Assembly: GCF_006345805.1 (NCBI RefSeq) | Contig: NC_042999.1 | Coordinates: forward strand, 89,900,001 to 89,964,000 | Direction of reading: 5' to 3' | Source of the DNA: Octopus sinensis | Lineage: Eukaryota | DNA length: 64,000 nt | Shown: piece after piece, positions 35,701 to 45,540 of the stretch | Numbering within the stretch: position 1 is the first letter of the stretch | Layout: each line of letters opens with the position of its first letter | Translations under genes and position numbers: made by a program | Notes under the pieces: generated by a model | Seen by the model: the letters and a program-made list of their open reading frames with translations, nothing else | What the model was told of the DNA's origin: nothing | Database searches by the model: none

Positions 35701-38020
35701 GATTTGAAATGACTAGAGGAGCTTTCCAACTGGCGTGTGTGTATGTGTATGAGTGCACACAGTAGTGAACCTGGTAGAGTGGAAAAATATAGTTTTAGAA
35801 AAGATTTGCCAAGTGGGGGCTGTGTGGTATTAGATGCAGGGAAGCAAATATGGAAATGTTCTCTCTGGGAGTACAGCTTTCAAACCCTATAAGGCTGAAA
35901 AGTTGAAGTAAGCTGAATTCTGCAAAGTTAGTAGATATCCTTTCGATAAAGAACCAAAGATATTGACCGTAATTTGAGAGGCGAGAGAGTTTGTAGTCTG
36001 TGCAAAGAAATCGAGCACAGTTCGCATTTTGGCTTTGGTGATGGTTTATAGGAGTGTTTGATTTTGTATAAACAGAACTATAGTGTTGGTAACATATAGG
36101 TCTTTTGAAGAGGTAGTTGTTCAAAACTGAAGTATCTTTTGCTCTTGAATGAGATTGAGTTTTTAGTAATGTTATCAGAGGATGGTCGCATAAAAATAGT
36201 AACTTCCCGTTGTAGGGATGGTTAGCGTCGACATAATTCTTACTGTTCCTACCTTCCCTGCTCAAAATCTAGGCAGTCATAGTACCTGGTAAGCTATTGG
36301 GTCGGATGTCCCTTGGTTTATAGACTCTACTATATAGTTCCACTCTGAAATCATTCCAACTTATCTCATCTTTAGTGTATCTTGTATTACATTGTGCATC
36401 AGTCGAGTTCATATGCAACCACATAGAATTTCAGTCTCTGACCATTGTTGCTGCGTAGCTCAACGTGGGTTTTGATTATGCAGACCTACGATTAAAGACC
36501 TTACTCTCATAACTCTCCCATCTCAGATAAAATGTATATAGAAGATATTTAAGGTGGTTGTGTAGGATATGAGTGGAATTTGGTCGTTCTTTCTAACAAG
36601 TCAAGCGACGGTGAGTGAACTCTTTCAGGGACTGTGGATGAAGAAATGTGTCTTTCGTTTCTTCCTGCTAGTAAAAGTTACATAGCACCAGGTCTGAAAT
36701 GAAATATTCTGTTTTCATATTGTTTATACATTAAAATATGTCTTTGTTTATTATAACCGTAATATAGATTATGTGTTGTAGTCATGAAAAGAAGATGTGA
36801 AGTATGTCATGAAAGGAATATTTAAAGATTTTCCTCTGAAATATAAAAAGATATTATTTTGTTCTATTTTGAGCCCTACAAAAATTAATTGATACAGCAA
36901 AGATCCTTGGAAAGGTTCGAACGGGAAAATCTCACGATCAGAGAGTATCATGGTGATGTATGTGTACATATGCGTTTGGTTGAATTGTTAGCAGCATGTA
37001 TGTAAGTGCTACAAAAGATAAAGGTGTGTGTGTTTGTATTTGTGTGTTAACATGGTATATCTGGTTGTCGTCGCATACTTCTCTTTCACGGTTATTGTTT
37101 ACTGTATAAAGGCGGTGAGCTGGCAGAAACGTTAGCACACCGGACGAAATGCTCAGTGGTATTTCGTCTGCCGTTACGTTTTGAGTTCAAATTTCGCCGA
37201 GGTCGACTTTGCCTTTCATCCTTTCGGGGTCGATTAAATAAGTACCAGTTACGCACTGGGGTCGATATAATCGACTTAATACCTATGTCTGTCCTTGTTT
37301 GTCCCCTCTATATTTAGCCCCTTGTGGGTAGTAAAGAAATAGGTATTTCGTCTGCCGTTACGTTGTGAGTTCAAATTCCGCCAAGGTCGACTTTCCCTTT
37401 CATCCTTTCGGGGTCGATAAATTAAGTACCAGTTACGCACTGGGGTCGATATAATCGACTTAATCCGTTTGTCTGTCCTTGTTTGTCCTCTCTGTGTTTA
37501 GCCCCTTGTGGGTAGTAAAGAAATATGTTATTGTTTACTGTATACTGATCTTTGCTATAGTTGACAGGTTGTGACCGACGGTGGTGCTACCGCTGCTGCA
37601 GTTTTGGCTGGGCAACAAAATATTTCAGTTGATATACTTTTCTCTTGGAAGCTAGGTGCCAACTCTACTGACTTGTCTTTATTTCTATAAAAGTCGTGAA
37701 TAACAGAACAAATATAGGTCAAGAGGATTCGCCTGATTGGTCGATAAAAACCAATGATTTCTGTTGCTAGCCTGCCAATGTGCCTAGATTTATTTATAAT
37801 CTGTGAAAGAAGAGTTCGACATTCGAACCTTAAACTTCTCATTGCATTCTTTTAAGACGTTATTGAATGATTTTAAGTAGATACGTTAGAGAGGCTAACG
37901 AGAATACAGGTTCAAAACAGATATATGATGAAACTTTGGAAAAAGAATTGAAGTGTAAGACTACTTACTTGATTCGGAAGCGTCTGCAATTATTTGATCG
38001 ATTGATCTTTCTTCTGTAGC
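5665..38020 (-). CDS. Astacin-family (M12A) zinc metalloproteinase with six C-terminal ShKT domains; 15 exons, signal-peptide exon not found
   Basis: Exons (minus): 37969-38020, 33232-33331, 31111-31199, 29640-29763, 27555-27621, 23860-24063, 22238-22364, 21412-21510, 18721-18765, 18247-18381, 13523-13642, 11836-11988, 9808-9960, 7694-7831, 5665-5777. All have canonical AG/GT, phases join into one 1719-nt frame ending in TGA. Motifs: SIDQII, EMDMMFT, RGKR|KAIR, HELGHAIGLFHEQTRIDRD, SIMHYG. Confidence 0.93.
6250..7475 (+). mobile_element. SINE family 1 interrupted by a foldback element
   Basis: Head ggcatggctgtgtggtaag at 6250; tail gctccagcatggctgcagtc...aacaagtaaaagaataaaag ends ~7475. Confidence 0.8.
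6453..7290. repeat. Long inverted repeat (foldback/MITE-like), ~345-bp arms, ~150-bp spacer, inserted in (TA)n
   Basis: 6453-6798 is the reverse complement of 6949-7290 with few mismatches; spacer holds a diverged third copy of part of the arm. Confidence 0.92.
7694..7831 (-). CDS. ShKT domain 5 exon (CLDGNTHCKDWAESGECHRNPGYMLNNCKKSCNNC)
   Basis: 138 nt phase 1-1, six Cys. Confidence 0.92.
8150..8325 (+). mobile_element. Degenerate SINE with Penelope-like tail (CTGAAGA...GAAA)
   Basis: B-box-like gagttcaatct; gacacctgaagaaggctgg...gctgaaac...gatgagg...cagtc...aattcctcat resembles the tail of 34570-35061. Confidence 0.55.
8370..9453 (+). mobile_element. Chapaev3-like (CMC) DNA transposon remnant
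   Basis: Degenerate LGQQSGYTKY.C, ILPPLHIKLGIMKQFV.AL, KIKAGVFDGPQ.R, MSIK.H..HS...K.PE..G..SD; ends ...aaattttgttgacctGTG (CAC...GTG-type terminus). Superfamily assignment from memory of these motifs. Confidence 0.65.
9808..9960 (-). CDS. ShKT domain 4 exon (CNDSNAMCPVWAKAGHCKLNAAYMLKNCKKSCSVC)
   Basis: 153 nt phase 1-1, six Cys; 12 substitutions versus 11836-11988. Confidence 0.9.
11836..11988 (-). CDS. ShKT domain 3 exon (CDDSNTMCPVWAKAGHCKINAAYMLKNCKKSCSEC)
   Basis: 153 nt phase 1-1, six Cys; duplicate of 9808-9960. Confidence 0.9.
12945..13310 (+). mobile_element. SINE remnant(s)
   Basis: ggcatagctgtatggttaaaaagcttgctt head, gcaccttgggcaac block, ggtgacaggaagggcatc tail. Confidence 0.7.
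13523..13642 (-). CDS. ShKT domain 2 exon (CKDNNTDCKYWAGLGECSKNPVYMLVHCKLSCKQC)
   Basis: 120 nt phase 1-1, six Cys. Confidence 0.92.
14400..16050 (-). mobile_element. Highly degenerate LINE remnant
   Basis: Strong strand asymmetry and broken endonuclease/RT-like stretches on minus; clade not resolved. Confidence 0.35.
18247..18381 (-). CDS. ShKT domain 1 exon (CRDNHRSCAVWAQMNECKLNPVYMLTNCKKSCDKC)
   Basis: 135 nt phase 1-1, six-Cys ShKT pattern. Confidence 0.92.
18721..18765 (-). CDS. 45-nt linker exon (DTSGDGGVTEPTEEK)
   Basis: ttattacAG / GTAAGT, phase 1-1, frame-preserving; could be skipped without frameshift. Confidence 0.7.
19040..20150 (+). mobile_element. Degenerate R4/Dong-like LINE RT fragment
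   Basis: Broken RG+FQGD, HL.++D.+ and L+..V..FSKDIG+EFG motifs, colinear with the 57236-59115 element. Confidence 0.6.
20940..21220 (+). mobile_element. R4/Dong-like LINE 3' (restriction-like endonuclease) remnant
   Basis: Degenerate KYQD+E.+..R.W...VETAP and KK.TLVGTAK.L.K. Confidence 0.55.
21412..21510 (-). CDS. Astacin Cys-rich linker exon (GNCPKKSCPRNGFVAKDCECYCADSKKSIRKCS)
   Basis: 99 nt phase 1-1. Confidence 0.88.
22238..22364 (-). CDS. Astacin exon, end of catalytic domain (EFSVNGERTIKTKDKRYQDIIGKAKILSFNDVKLVNTMYKCS)
   Basis: 127 nt phase 0-1; FS.NG..TI...IG...LSF.D...N..Y.C. Confidence 0.93.
22470..23140 (+). mobile_element. Cluster of SINE family 2 copies with (GGT/GGC)n tract at ~22880-22940
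   Basis: gaatcgttag...gagttcaaattccgccga...ctttcatcc...ggggtcgataaaataa blocks repeated three times. Confidence 0.75.
23860..24063 (-). CDS. Astacin zinc-binding exon (HELGHAIGLFHEQTRIDRD ... SIMHYGSY)
   Basis: 204 nt phase 0-0; HExxHxxGxxH plus Met-turn, visible in ORF 23623..24051. Confidence 0.97.
24380..25560 (+). mobile_element. pogo/Tigger-family transposase remnant
   Basis: MSS.KKTYT...KL.EVAE..SNC...F.VSEKM.R.WRK (N-terminal DNA-binding part) and YKLSCIGHTDEMPTSF...KLKPMVV...KGW (DDE part), many stops. Confidence 0.75.
26225..26789. repeat. Inverted repeat (foldback/MITE-like), ~240-bp arms, ~87-bp spacer
   Basis: 26225-26465 is the reverse complement of 26552-26789 (aaatataattgccaactaaatgtggcgg / ccgccacatttagttggcagttatattt). 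Confidence 0.92.
27555..27621 (-). CDS. Astacin catalytic-domain exon (CSSFIGMQPTSQDVLLAKNCRV)
   Basis: 67 nt phase 2-0; GC.S.+G...Q.+.L...C motif. Confidence 0.92.
28340..28720 (-). mobile_element. L1/Tx1-clade ORF2 3' remnant
   Basis: AVTRTCP*C...H..IKSPTIAELFEQLLLHVGR, a degenerate C-terminal zinc-finger region. Confidence 0.45.
29140..29600 (-). mobile_element. Two SINE family 2 copies
   Basis: ggatgaaaggtaaagt.gacctcggc.gaattt.aact.agaacg block in reverse. Confidence 0.75.
29640..29763 (-). CDS. Astacin catalytic-domain exon (TKEQKLEVQSAMDDWNALTCINFRKANSQDKHKISFRNGM)
   Basis: 124 nt phase 1-2; AM..W...TCI.F motif. Confidence 0.92.
29941..30361. mobile_element. 421-bp MITE with ~29-bp TIRs and 8-bp TSD (Merlin- or MULE-like)
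   Basis: ggatcttttcggtttgaacggcagttttt ... aaaaactgccgttcaaaccgaaaggatcc; ctcatatt duplicated at 29933-29940 and 30362-30369. Confidence 0.88.
30570..30840 (+). mobile_element. tRNA-derived SINE (third family)
   Basis: A/B-box-like gaagtggtcagag...ggtttcgattccc, then aaaacacttcatttc..gttgctccag central block. Confidence 0.7.
31111..31199 (-). CDS. Astacin exon, furin site and mature N-terminus (NNTRGKRKAIRPLMFRWKTKDIPYTYGDY)
   Basis: 89 nt phase 2-1, GTAAG donor; R-x-K-R then W...IPY. Confidence 0.9.
33232..33331 (-). CDS. Astacin exon, propeptide (REIGFIYDSSNGIVKTEMDMMFTIDVWRDLMQ)
   Basis: tttcattttAG acceptor, 100 nt phase 1-2; E-x-D-M motif equivalent to the astacin Asp-switch. Confidence 0.85.
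33470..35645 (-). mobile_element. Buster/Charlie-type hAT transposon remnant, interrupted by a SINE
   Basis: TIRs cagcagtagcc (33470) / ggctactgctg (35645); both 8-bp flanks have TA at positions 4-5; GKAIFHKVNDFL...IPWIECISLTT...ALM matches Buster IF..+..F....+.W..C+.+.TDGA.AM. Confidence 0.75.
34570..35061 (+). mobile_element. tRNA-headed SINE with inverted 5' duplication and Penelope-like tail; ~11-bp TSD
   Basis: Forward copy 34792-35061 (A box tggcgtagtag, B box gagttcgattcc, (AAT)n, ctgatga...); inverted tail 34570-34749; inverted head 34768-34789; TSD aaactatgtac (34559-34569) / aagctatgtac (35062-35072). Confidence 0.85.
35780..36400 (-). mobile_element. CR1/L2-like LINE RT remnant
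   Basis: REGRNSKNY...GKLL resembles KG.R....NYRPISLTS..GKLL; later GFESC.P resembles FD.VPH. Confidence 0.45.
37110..37525 (+). mobile_element. SINE family 2, tandem two-copy array
   Basis: ggcggtgagctggcagaaacgttag head; body ggtatttcgtctgccgttacg...agcccccttgtgggtagtaaagaaata repeated twice. Confidence 0.9.
37969..38020 (-). CDS. Astacin exon, propeptide (ATEERSIDQIIADASES)
   Basis: ctttctttcccAG acceptor, GTAAGT donor, 52 nt phase 0-1; SIDQII motif typical of molluscan astacin propeptides. Confidence 0.8.
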
Positions 38021-41000
38021 CTGGGAAAGAAAGACAAGGAAACAGCTTTAACATTTGACTTTAAGAAATTAAATTAAAGAATTTCAACTTTGCTGATGTT
38101 TAACGGTAGACAGGATATATGGTGTACAGTCACCAACAGGAGTTTTATTAATACTATAACGAAAGTGGCAAGTTGGCAGAATCGTTGATGCGTCAAGCAA
38201 AATGCTTAGCGGCATTTCTTCCGACTCGTTACCTTTAATCCTTTCGGAGTTGATAAAATATGTAGTAGTTGAGCACTGGGTTTAATGTAATCGACTAACT
38301 CCTTCCCTCAAAATTACTGGCCTTGTGCCAAAATTAGAAGGAATTATTAATACTATGACGTCACCGAAGTGTTTCTCTTTACACCTCATTGTAATAAGGT
38401 CTGTTAATTCCTCTTCAGCCTCGTTTTTTAATGACTTTATCAAAAAACGAAGTGGTGTGTCCATAACCTTTTTCAGGGCTTTTAAGATTTATGGAAGAAA
38501 GTGGGCAAGTTATCTTCAAACCAGTGATTTGGCGGAATGCTTACAACAAACTGAACTCCGATAAAAGCACCTAATGGCAAGGTTGTGATGATAAACCAGG
38601 TGATGGATTAAGTTAGGCCTCGCATAGTAAGAGCAGGGGTGTCTTTTATGACATGCTGTGAGCAAGAAAATAGCATATGAGGATTATTAACTCTGTCAAT
38701 TGATCATTAAATTAAATGAAATATCTCCTTTTGAAAATTGTAAGTTAGGTTTATATCTACACCACAACTTCAACTTTTATTCTCTGTTTTATGCATGCTT
38801 TAATTCTATCATACTAAAATAATGTCGTTAATTACCTAGAAAATATCAACTGCAATACAGTTCAGTTTTAATTTTCAAAGTATTATCTACTTTAACCTAT
38901 TAAGGTGGAGAATTAACAGAGTGCTAAGGTCGTTGGATGGAGTGTTTTGTGAGAGTGGTCACTAATTTATAGTATGAAAGTGTTCGTGGAAAAGTCCTGT
39001 AAATGAGCTTTTGAGAAGCATGTGTAATGGAATAGCAGAAGGCAGATTCTTTAAACAAATAATTTGATTTATAAAATTATCACAAGAGCTAACAAGTAAT
39101 AAAAGCGTAGCCTGTGTGTATGCATGAATCAGAGAAAGTGTCATAACTTACGTTTGGAGAATAGAATCAGCGGGAAGTCGCTATAAGCTAACAGAAACGG
39201 GGGTAGCTTAAGCGAAAATATACTATTCATTAAGAGGCAGAGTTGGGGCTGATGTCATCCAGAATTTCGCGGAGCGAAATGGGCAGAAATAAATTAGGCT
39301 GTTCATGATGTAGCAAGTTGAGAGCGGCTAAAAACTTAGAGCTAGCGGCACAAAATGGGTGCGAAAAGCAAAGAGCTGTCCTGCTGTTGCTGATCCTCCG
39401 TCTTTCCGCTAGCTGATAAAAACTCCCGCTTCACTTCATGGGCAAAGAACTACCTCTAGCATTCATATGCGCCCAACCCTGATCGGCTGGGGAATGTCAT
39501 AGCACAGTTATGCTATGACACGACAAATATAATAGCTTTCCTGACATGTTACAAATGTCTCGCTTTCTAAATTCAAATCTCGCCGAGTTGAACTTAGCCT
39601 TCCGGGGTTTATAAAAATAGTGTCAATTCAAAATGGGGTGGATTGGCGAAAGTGATGGCGGGTCGGTCAAGGTACCTTGCTGTATCTCTTTCGGGTTTTT
39701 ACTTTCTTACAGCAAGGCTTATGACGTGGCTGGTGCTAGGCTTCATAAGCGTTTCATTTTGACAACACCGGTGAAGTGAAGATGGGAGATTGCATACAAG
39801 GGCAACTGCCAGTCTTCTTTGAAAAACCTAAAATATATTGCTGTTGATCTTCCTATGTAAATACGACATTATCTTAGGCGATGGAATTAAAGCACACCTT
39901 AAACCAAGAGTGAAAGCTGAAGACTAAGTGATACACATATAAATGTAATTTACAAATTTAAGTGAAAAATATTTCATTTAATGATCAACTGACATAGTTG
40001 ATACCCCACATGCAATTTCTTTTCATAGTATGGCAGAGCCTAATTGAACACACTTGGTCATTTTAACTGAAGACAGCCCTCGAAGACTTTTTTTTAAATA
40101 ACATCGACTTTTTAAATTGTATACGGTTTTATGTGTGTTGTGGTGAAATTCTGACACCCCTGTGGGATAGCTAGTCAACTGTCCTAAACGGTATAAAACC
40201 GCATGCGCACTGTCAAATCATTTTTGATTCCGATTGGCGTGGGTCGTGCTATGCTTTGTTATACTTTGTTGAAGGTTTTCCCGTGCAGGTGGGCCACGCC
40301 CCAAAACCCTGCCCCTTCGGACACTAGCCCTCTCCTTACTCCCAGCAGACATTAATACAAATAATGCAAACAGACAAGAACCACAAATCCCCAGTCCCCC
40401 ACTCAGGGAAAGGTGCCTTATCGTTTTATACAACAGTTCAAAGGTTTCAGTGAGAAAAGAAGTTGAGATGGTGAATTCTGATATAGAGATGGACACGAAG
40501 GATTATGAGGAGTTACACCCGAGTGTATGGTGTTTCCTCATGTTGAAGGAGAACTATCACAGTTTAAGTACAGGAGAGATGTCTACTACACGAGAAGAGA
40601 CGTCGACCTGAACTCGTTACAGCCTAAGATAAGATTGAGTGAAATTTACCCAGGACAATAGGAATGAACGGTTGTTGTAACCTTAGTTTTGACTCAATTT
40701 TGAACAGTGATTATCACAGTAATTTTTAACAGCATAAGTGATGTTTTATAATTGTGTACAAAGAAAAGAAAATAGAGCATGTAATTGCGTATAATAGAAT
40801 CCAACATAGGACTGTAATTGTTATCATAGTATTTTGACTGTGTAGATGATGGTTTAGAAGGGAAAAAAGGAGAAAAAAGCAATTTTATGCGTTGTATAGA
40901 AAACAAGATTCAATGAAACTGCTCGATCGTGGGGTCGAGTGGCGTTCATTTAATTTTTCAAATCCATCTTTTTTCATTCGTTTTCTTTTTTCCCACTTTG

Positions 41001-41480
41001 TCCTTGTTTGTCCCCTCTATGTTAGGCCCTGTGTGGCCAAATAAAGAAATACAGCGTGGTGTGTGCAAGCACATTGTGAAGGCAGTCGTGGAAGTTGTTG
41101 AGAAGAGATATTGTTTGTGACGAGTTGTTTCTGATATATATTTGTATTGTTATAACCTTGTTATAAAGTCCACGTTATATAGTGGCATATACAGTGAGTT
41201 CAAAGAAGGACATAACAGTGACGACGAGACACAATAATGTGTTAATTCATATAAGGATAAGTAGTGTTTTATATTATTCGTTTTATTTTTGTTACAGAAG
41301 GAGTAACAGAGACCTGGCATTAAGACAAAGACAGGAAGATAGACATGTGAATATGGTACTTAGACTGCGATCTCGTTCGTAAGTTCAATTTAGCAGCAGA
41401 TAGTCTGTTGTTTTCACCGACATCAGTGCAGCTAACGATCGAAAAGAAAGTCTTCAGATCTTTTTGAAAGTTATTCATGA

Positions 41481-42178
41481 CTAGCAGAGATACCCGGCGT
41501 TGCTCGGAATTAAAATGGCATAGTTTGTATATTAATTACAGTTATGTTGGAACAGGTGATACGGGAAAGTGCAGCATTGACGGCAAAATATTTGTGAAGT
41601 AAATGATGCGCTAATTCGACTCAGCGACACGTCATGCCTCTGTTTGGAGTATTCCAGGCCCTAATCTGTCATGGAAATTGGGGGTGGGGGTTATATGATT
41701 TTTGAACGCATCGAAAAGCTGTCAGTGGATGTACTCTCCTTTGCGGCAGTCGACCCATCGTTTAACGTTTTGACTCCTCCTTCAGGTTTGTTGTCCTACA
41801 TCACTCACGAAGTAAATTTGGAAGAAGTGTGGTTGTTCATTTGTGGCTAGCAGGGAAGTAATGAGGCGTTAGACTTGCCCTTGAACTTTGAACGTTGGCG
41901 TAAATCGCCTTAGATGCACCAAACTGTATCATTTGAGATACAAAGTTGTATTGTCTGATATTGTTCAGAAAATCCTTTGACTGAATGGAAGTGCCTTCCA
42001 GATCTATAGGAGATTGAGAAGGAGCTGGTAGTGCTGGCAATCTTACCTTGCCGCCTGAGCAACGCATGCCATTAGTTTCATTTGGGAATTTTGAGAAAGT
42101 CTCATCTCTCTTCTGTATTGAGACTCCATTTAATGTGCTACACACACACACACACACACACAGAGTAAATTTTATAGA
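41481..42178 (-). mobile_element. Short Helitron retaining a Rep fragment
   Basis: A|TC 5' end at 42178; GC hairpin (ccgagcaacgccggg) plus CTAG|T 3' end at 41481; CSGGKVRLPAL...SKDFLNNIRQYN..QM..FGA is RepHel-like. Confidence 0.82.
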
Positions 42179-42762
42179 TAAAAGTGAAACAATATTATAC
42201 TCTTATCAAAAGTGAAATAATTAGTGAAAGAATTTCAGTATTTAGTAAAGGCTCGCGTTTGTAATTTTGAAGTATACGAATACTTTCTTTCAAAATTCCA
42301 TAGTTGCTTTATAAATAACGTTATCGTTTGATACTTTAAAATGTCACCACTAATTTTAAATAATCGTTCATAGAAACTAGGAGCAAAGCGATAGTGTTGA
42401 AGGTAATATGGCGCTCGATTATAATAATAAACAGCTGGAGTAATATAATTATGTAAATTGTTATGTGTGTGTGTGTGTGTTTGTGTGTTTGTGTGTGTAT
42501 ATGTCTTCTTCTTAGAGATCATTTCAGTCAATTGTGTATATGCATGCAATTCGATCTCACTTGGATTTATTGTAATGTAATACACTGTCGGAATTCAACA
42601 ACTTGTTATTAATTGCGCTCTTAATTACCGCAGATTTATTCTTTGGTCATTATACATCAATTCTCTATATGAATATGCGTGTTTGTGTGTGCATGAGTAT
42701 GTATGTGTATATGTGTGGATGTATGTGTGTATAACCAATTATTTCTCAAAGCCTTATTTTCG

Positions 42763-42799
<37 letters not shown>

Positions 42800-43029
42800 G
42801 ATTGTTACTTCTTGTCAGAGTGCCACCTCCTCATTGAACTTTTCAGCCCAGTGTGACAACTATTTTTCTCTTCGGTACAAATGTACCGTGGTGCGTGTGG
42901 CGGTAGAACCATCTCACTAGCAGCTTCATTTCTTCCTATGTGATGTGTTTTTAGATAGCTAACAAACCAAATCCATATTGGTTCCTGCTAGGTTTCTGCA
43001 GTTACTGCATTTGGGTTCCCTTGCGGTGC

Positions 43030-43860
43030 AAACGCCTTAAGGCAACATTCTCCATTCTCTTTTATTCAAACTGTCACACCTGTACTTGATAGTCTCTCTC
43101 CAAGAAGTACAGTTTTCAGCCAACGTCTCCCAGATAACCACACCCATCTCCAAGACTTTAGGATTACCTTTTATGGCATTCTTGTTTCTAGGCTTGTTTT
43201 GAGGCTTTCCCTTCAATACAAACCTAAAATACCTATTTGGGCAGCCCACATTCTTCCATCCCGACGACATGATCAGCCCAACACATCTGGTTCAGAATTA
43301 TTCTTTTCTCAATACTGCTGTTACGAGCTTTCTTAAATACAACAAATTCAAGGACCACTTTATGTTCCGGATGCGCCGGATACTGTGCTGATGATGTCTT
43401 TCCAATCGTTAGATGTGATGGCTGTAAGTTATCCACATTTCGCATCTGTATAGCAGAGCTGTAAGAATACAGGATTCATACATAGCGAGCTTCGTGTCAC
43501 TCGTGATACCCCGATCTAACTAAACCTGCTTCTCGAGTTTCACGAAAACAGCATCAGCTGTCGCAATCCTGTGATCTATTTCAAAATCAAGGGAGCCATC
43601 TCTTCCAAGATAACCACCGCTTCAAGACTTTTCCCTCCCACGAAAATTTCAGGCTCCACATATTATCCCCCCCCCCCGCCAACTGATGGAGTGTACATGG
43701 ACTTTGTCGTTTTTTTTTTTAATGTTCATAGTTATACTAAATGCAATGCTTGCATTATAGGTGTCCAATATCATTTGTATGTCCTTCGCTGAATAAGTCG
43801 CATAATCAGCATCGTCAACGTAATGGAACTCTCTAACAAGAATGCTGTTGTGGCGGACGC
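43030..43860 (-). mobile_element. RTE-clade LINE RT/C-terminal remnant
   Basis: LVREFHYVDDAD (YADD), WADHVV.ME...LPK, WETLAENCTSWRETIK. Confidence 0.8.
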
Positions 43861-43899
43861 CCCTAGGTGAGAAGTGGGCTGGTCCACTACTAATGAATA

Positions 43900-44545
43900 G
43901 TGGACAGACTCAGTAAGTAGTGTCAGCCCGCGAGTATATTTGTTGTACAATCGAAGACGAAGCGAAAATACTGAAGATTACAAGAACCAAAAAAGTGAAT
44001 TATTGAGGGTATGGCCTGGAAATGGCCATACAAGTAAGCCTAAAAGATTTACACGAAATCACCGAAGAAATCATTTTACCAGACGACATGAGACTAAGAG
44101 TAGTGGTAGAAGGCAGACTACGAACATATTATCTGTGTGGTCAAAAGGGGAACAGGAAAGCAAGGTGTCTCCAGAAGGAAAATAAAGAGGAACAGCACAA
44201 GCAACAGTGGGAAGAACAGAGTGCCGAAGTGGCGGTGCCGGAAGGAGAGATGAACAGAGAGGAGGAATTATTCACCGTTGTGAATAGGAGGAAAAGGAAA
44301 GAGCGTGTAAGCTCTCCACCAGAGAGTAAAAAAAAAGGAGGTAGAGTTGGAAGTGACAAGGAGCTGGTTCGATACACCAGCAGCACTAACATTACCAACA
44401 GAAGGCAACGAGGAAGCAGGATCATCATTGCAACTCGAAGCGGGAGACATAGATGTAGGAGTTCTTGCCCTTGTAAATGGAAAACATAATTGCATCTACC
44501 AAGCCTTTTAGGGGAAGACTCACTATACAATACACCTAAAACTAG
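43900..44545 (+). mobile_element. L1/Tx1-like ORF1 fragment (degenerate zinc knuckle) nested in an RTE LINE
   Basis: EEIILPDDMRLRVVVEGRLRTYYLCGQKGNRKARC; same family as 50841-51559. Confidence 0.7.
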
Positions 44546-45345
44546 CCATGAATGGCCATAGCCACATTCTCTCCTCCAAAGCGAATCAACTCCGTCCAAA
44601 CCTGGAGCTTTTTCTATGTTTATCTCTTTGATAGTAGGTCTTATCACCTCAACGATAGTATCAGTCATCATTTGTCACAATCTCCTTTTGGGCAGTCGAT
44701 TAATAATTCCATCATCAATAACAGGCAGGTTATCAAACAGATCTTTAAAATATTCTGTCCTCCGATTCGTGATTCTTTCTGGAGCTTTCATGTGGACATG
44801 TCCATCTTTGACTTCATTCGTGTCACTTTTGCGGGCTATGGGCCCCAAATTTGCCTTATTGTGCTGTATAATGCCTTCGAGTCTCTGCAGACCACCAGCT
44901 ATTCTACATCTTTCGAGTTATATACTGCAGTTTTCACTTTGTTTCTTTGAAGCCCCTCTCAAAGGTGGTCTTTACTGGATCTTCGACAACAGAACACTTC
45001 TCATACAGCTTGTTCTTCTCTTCAATGAGATTGGTGATTTCAGCATCACTATCATCAAACCAATCTTGGCGTTTTGTCTTTTTTAAAACCGAGTACATCA
45101 ATTTCGGTATCGTAACCCTGCGTTTTGAACAGTTCCTAAGTTCCATCAAAAACAATATTGTCAAGTACATTTGAAGAGCATCTTGCATTTCTAAATTTTG
45201 CAGTTTGGATGCATCTATACCTTTATCACTTTGACACTCATTGCCCTCATTTTACCTCTGATCTGCATTTTCATCTTGCCACATACAAGTTTGTGGCGTT
45301 TACTACGTTCTGCATCCCGCATTACTCATATGGAACGGATACCCT
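44545..45345 (-). mobile_element. RTE-clade LINE fragment (endonuclease-RT linker)
   Basis: KRQDWFDDSDAEITNLIEEKNK, typical RTE linker; same strand as 43030-43860. Confidence 0.75.
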
Positions 45346-45540
45346 GGTGCTCTCTCTCTACCTCTCTATCTCTCTCTCCGTCTCTCTCCCTCCCTATCTC
45401 TCCCCCGCCTCTCTCTCTCTCTCTCTCTCTCTGTTTAAATCTTAGGTGTATGTCAAGTGTATCAAGCACTAAGAACCAATTACACCAAATACAGAATAGA
45501 CAACACATCAGAAAGTGATAAGTGCAGAATTTGTGGACAA

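Noticed and set aside
38385-38479. Open minus-strand segment ALKKVMDTPLRFLIKSLKNEAEEELTDLITMR as an astacin propeptide exon
   Set aside because: Weak donor (GTGTAA); exons 33232-33331 and 37969-38020 give the expected motifs and phases
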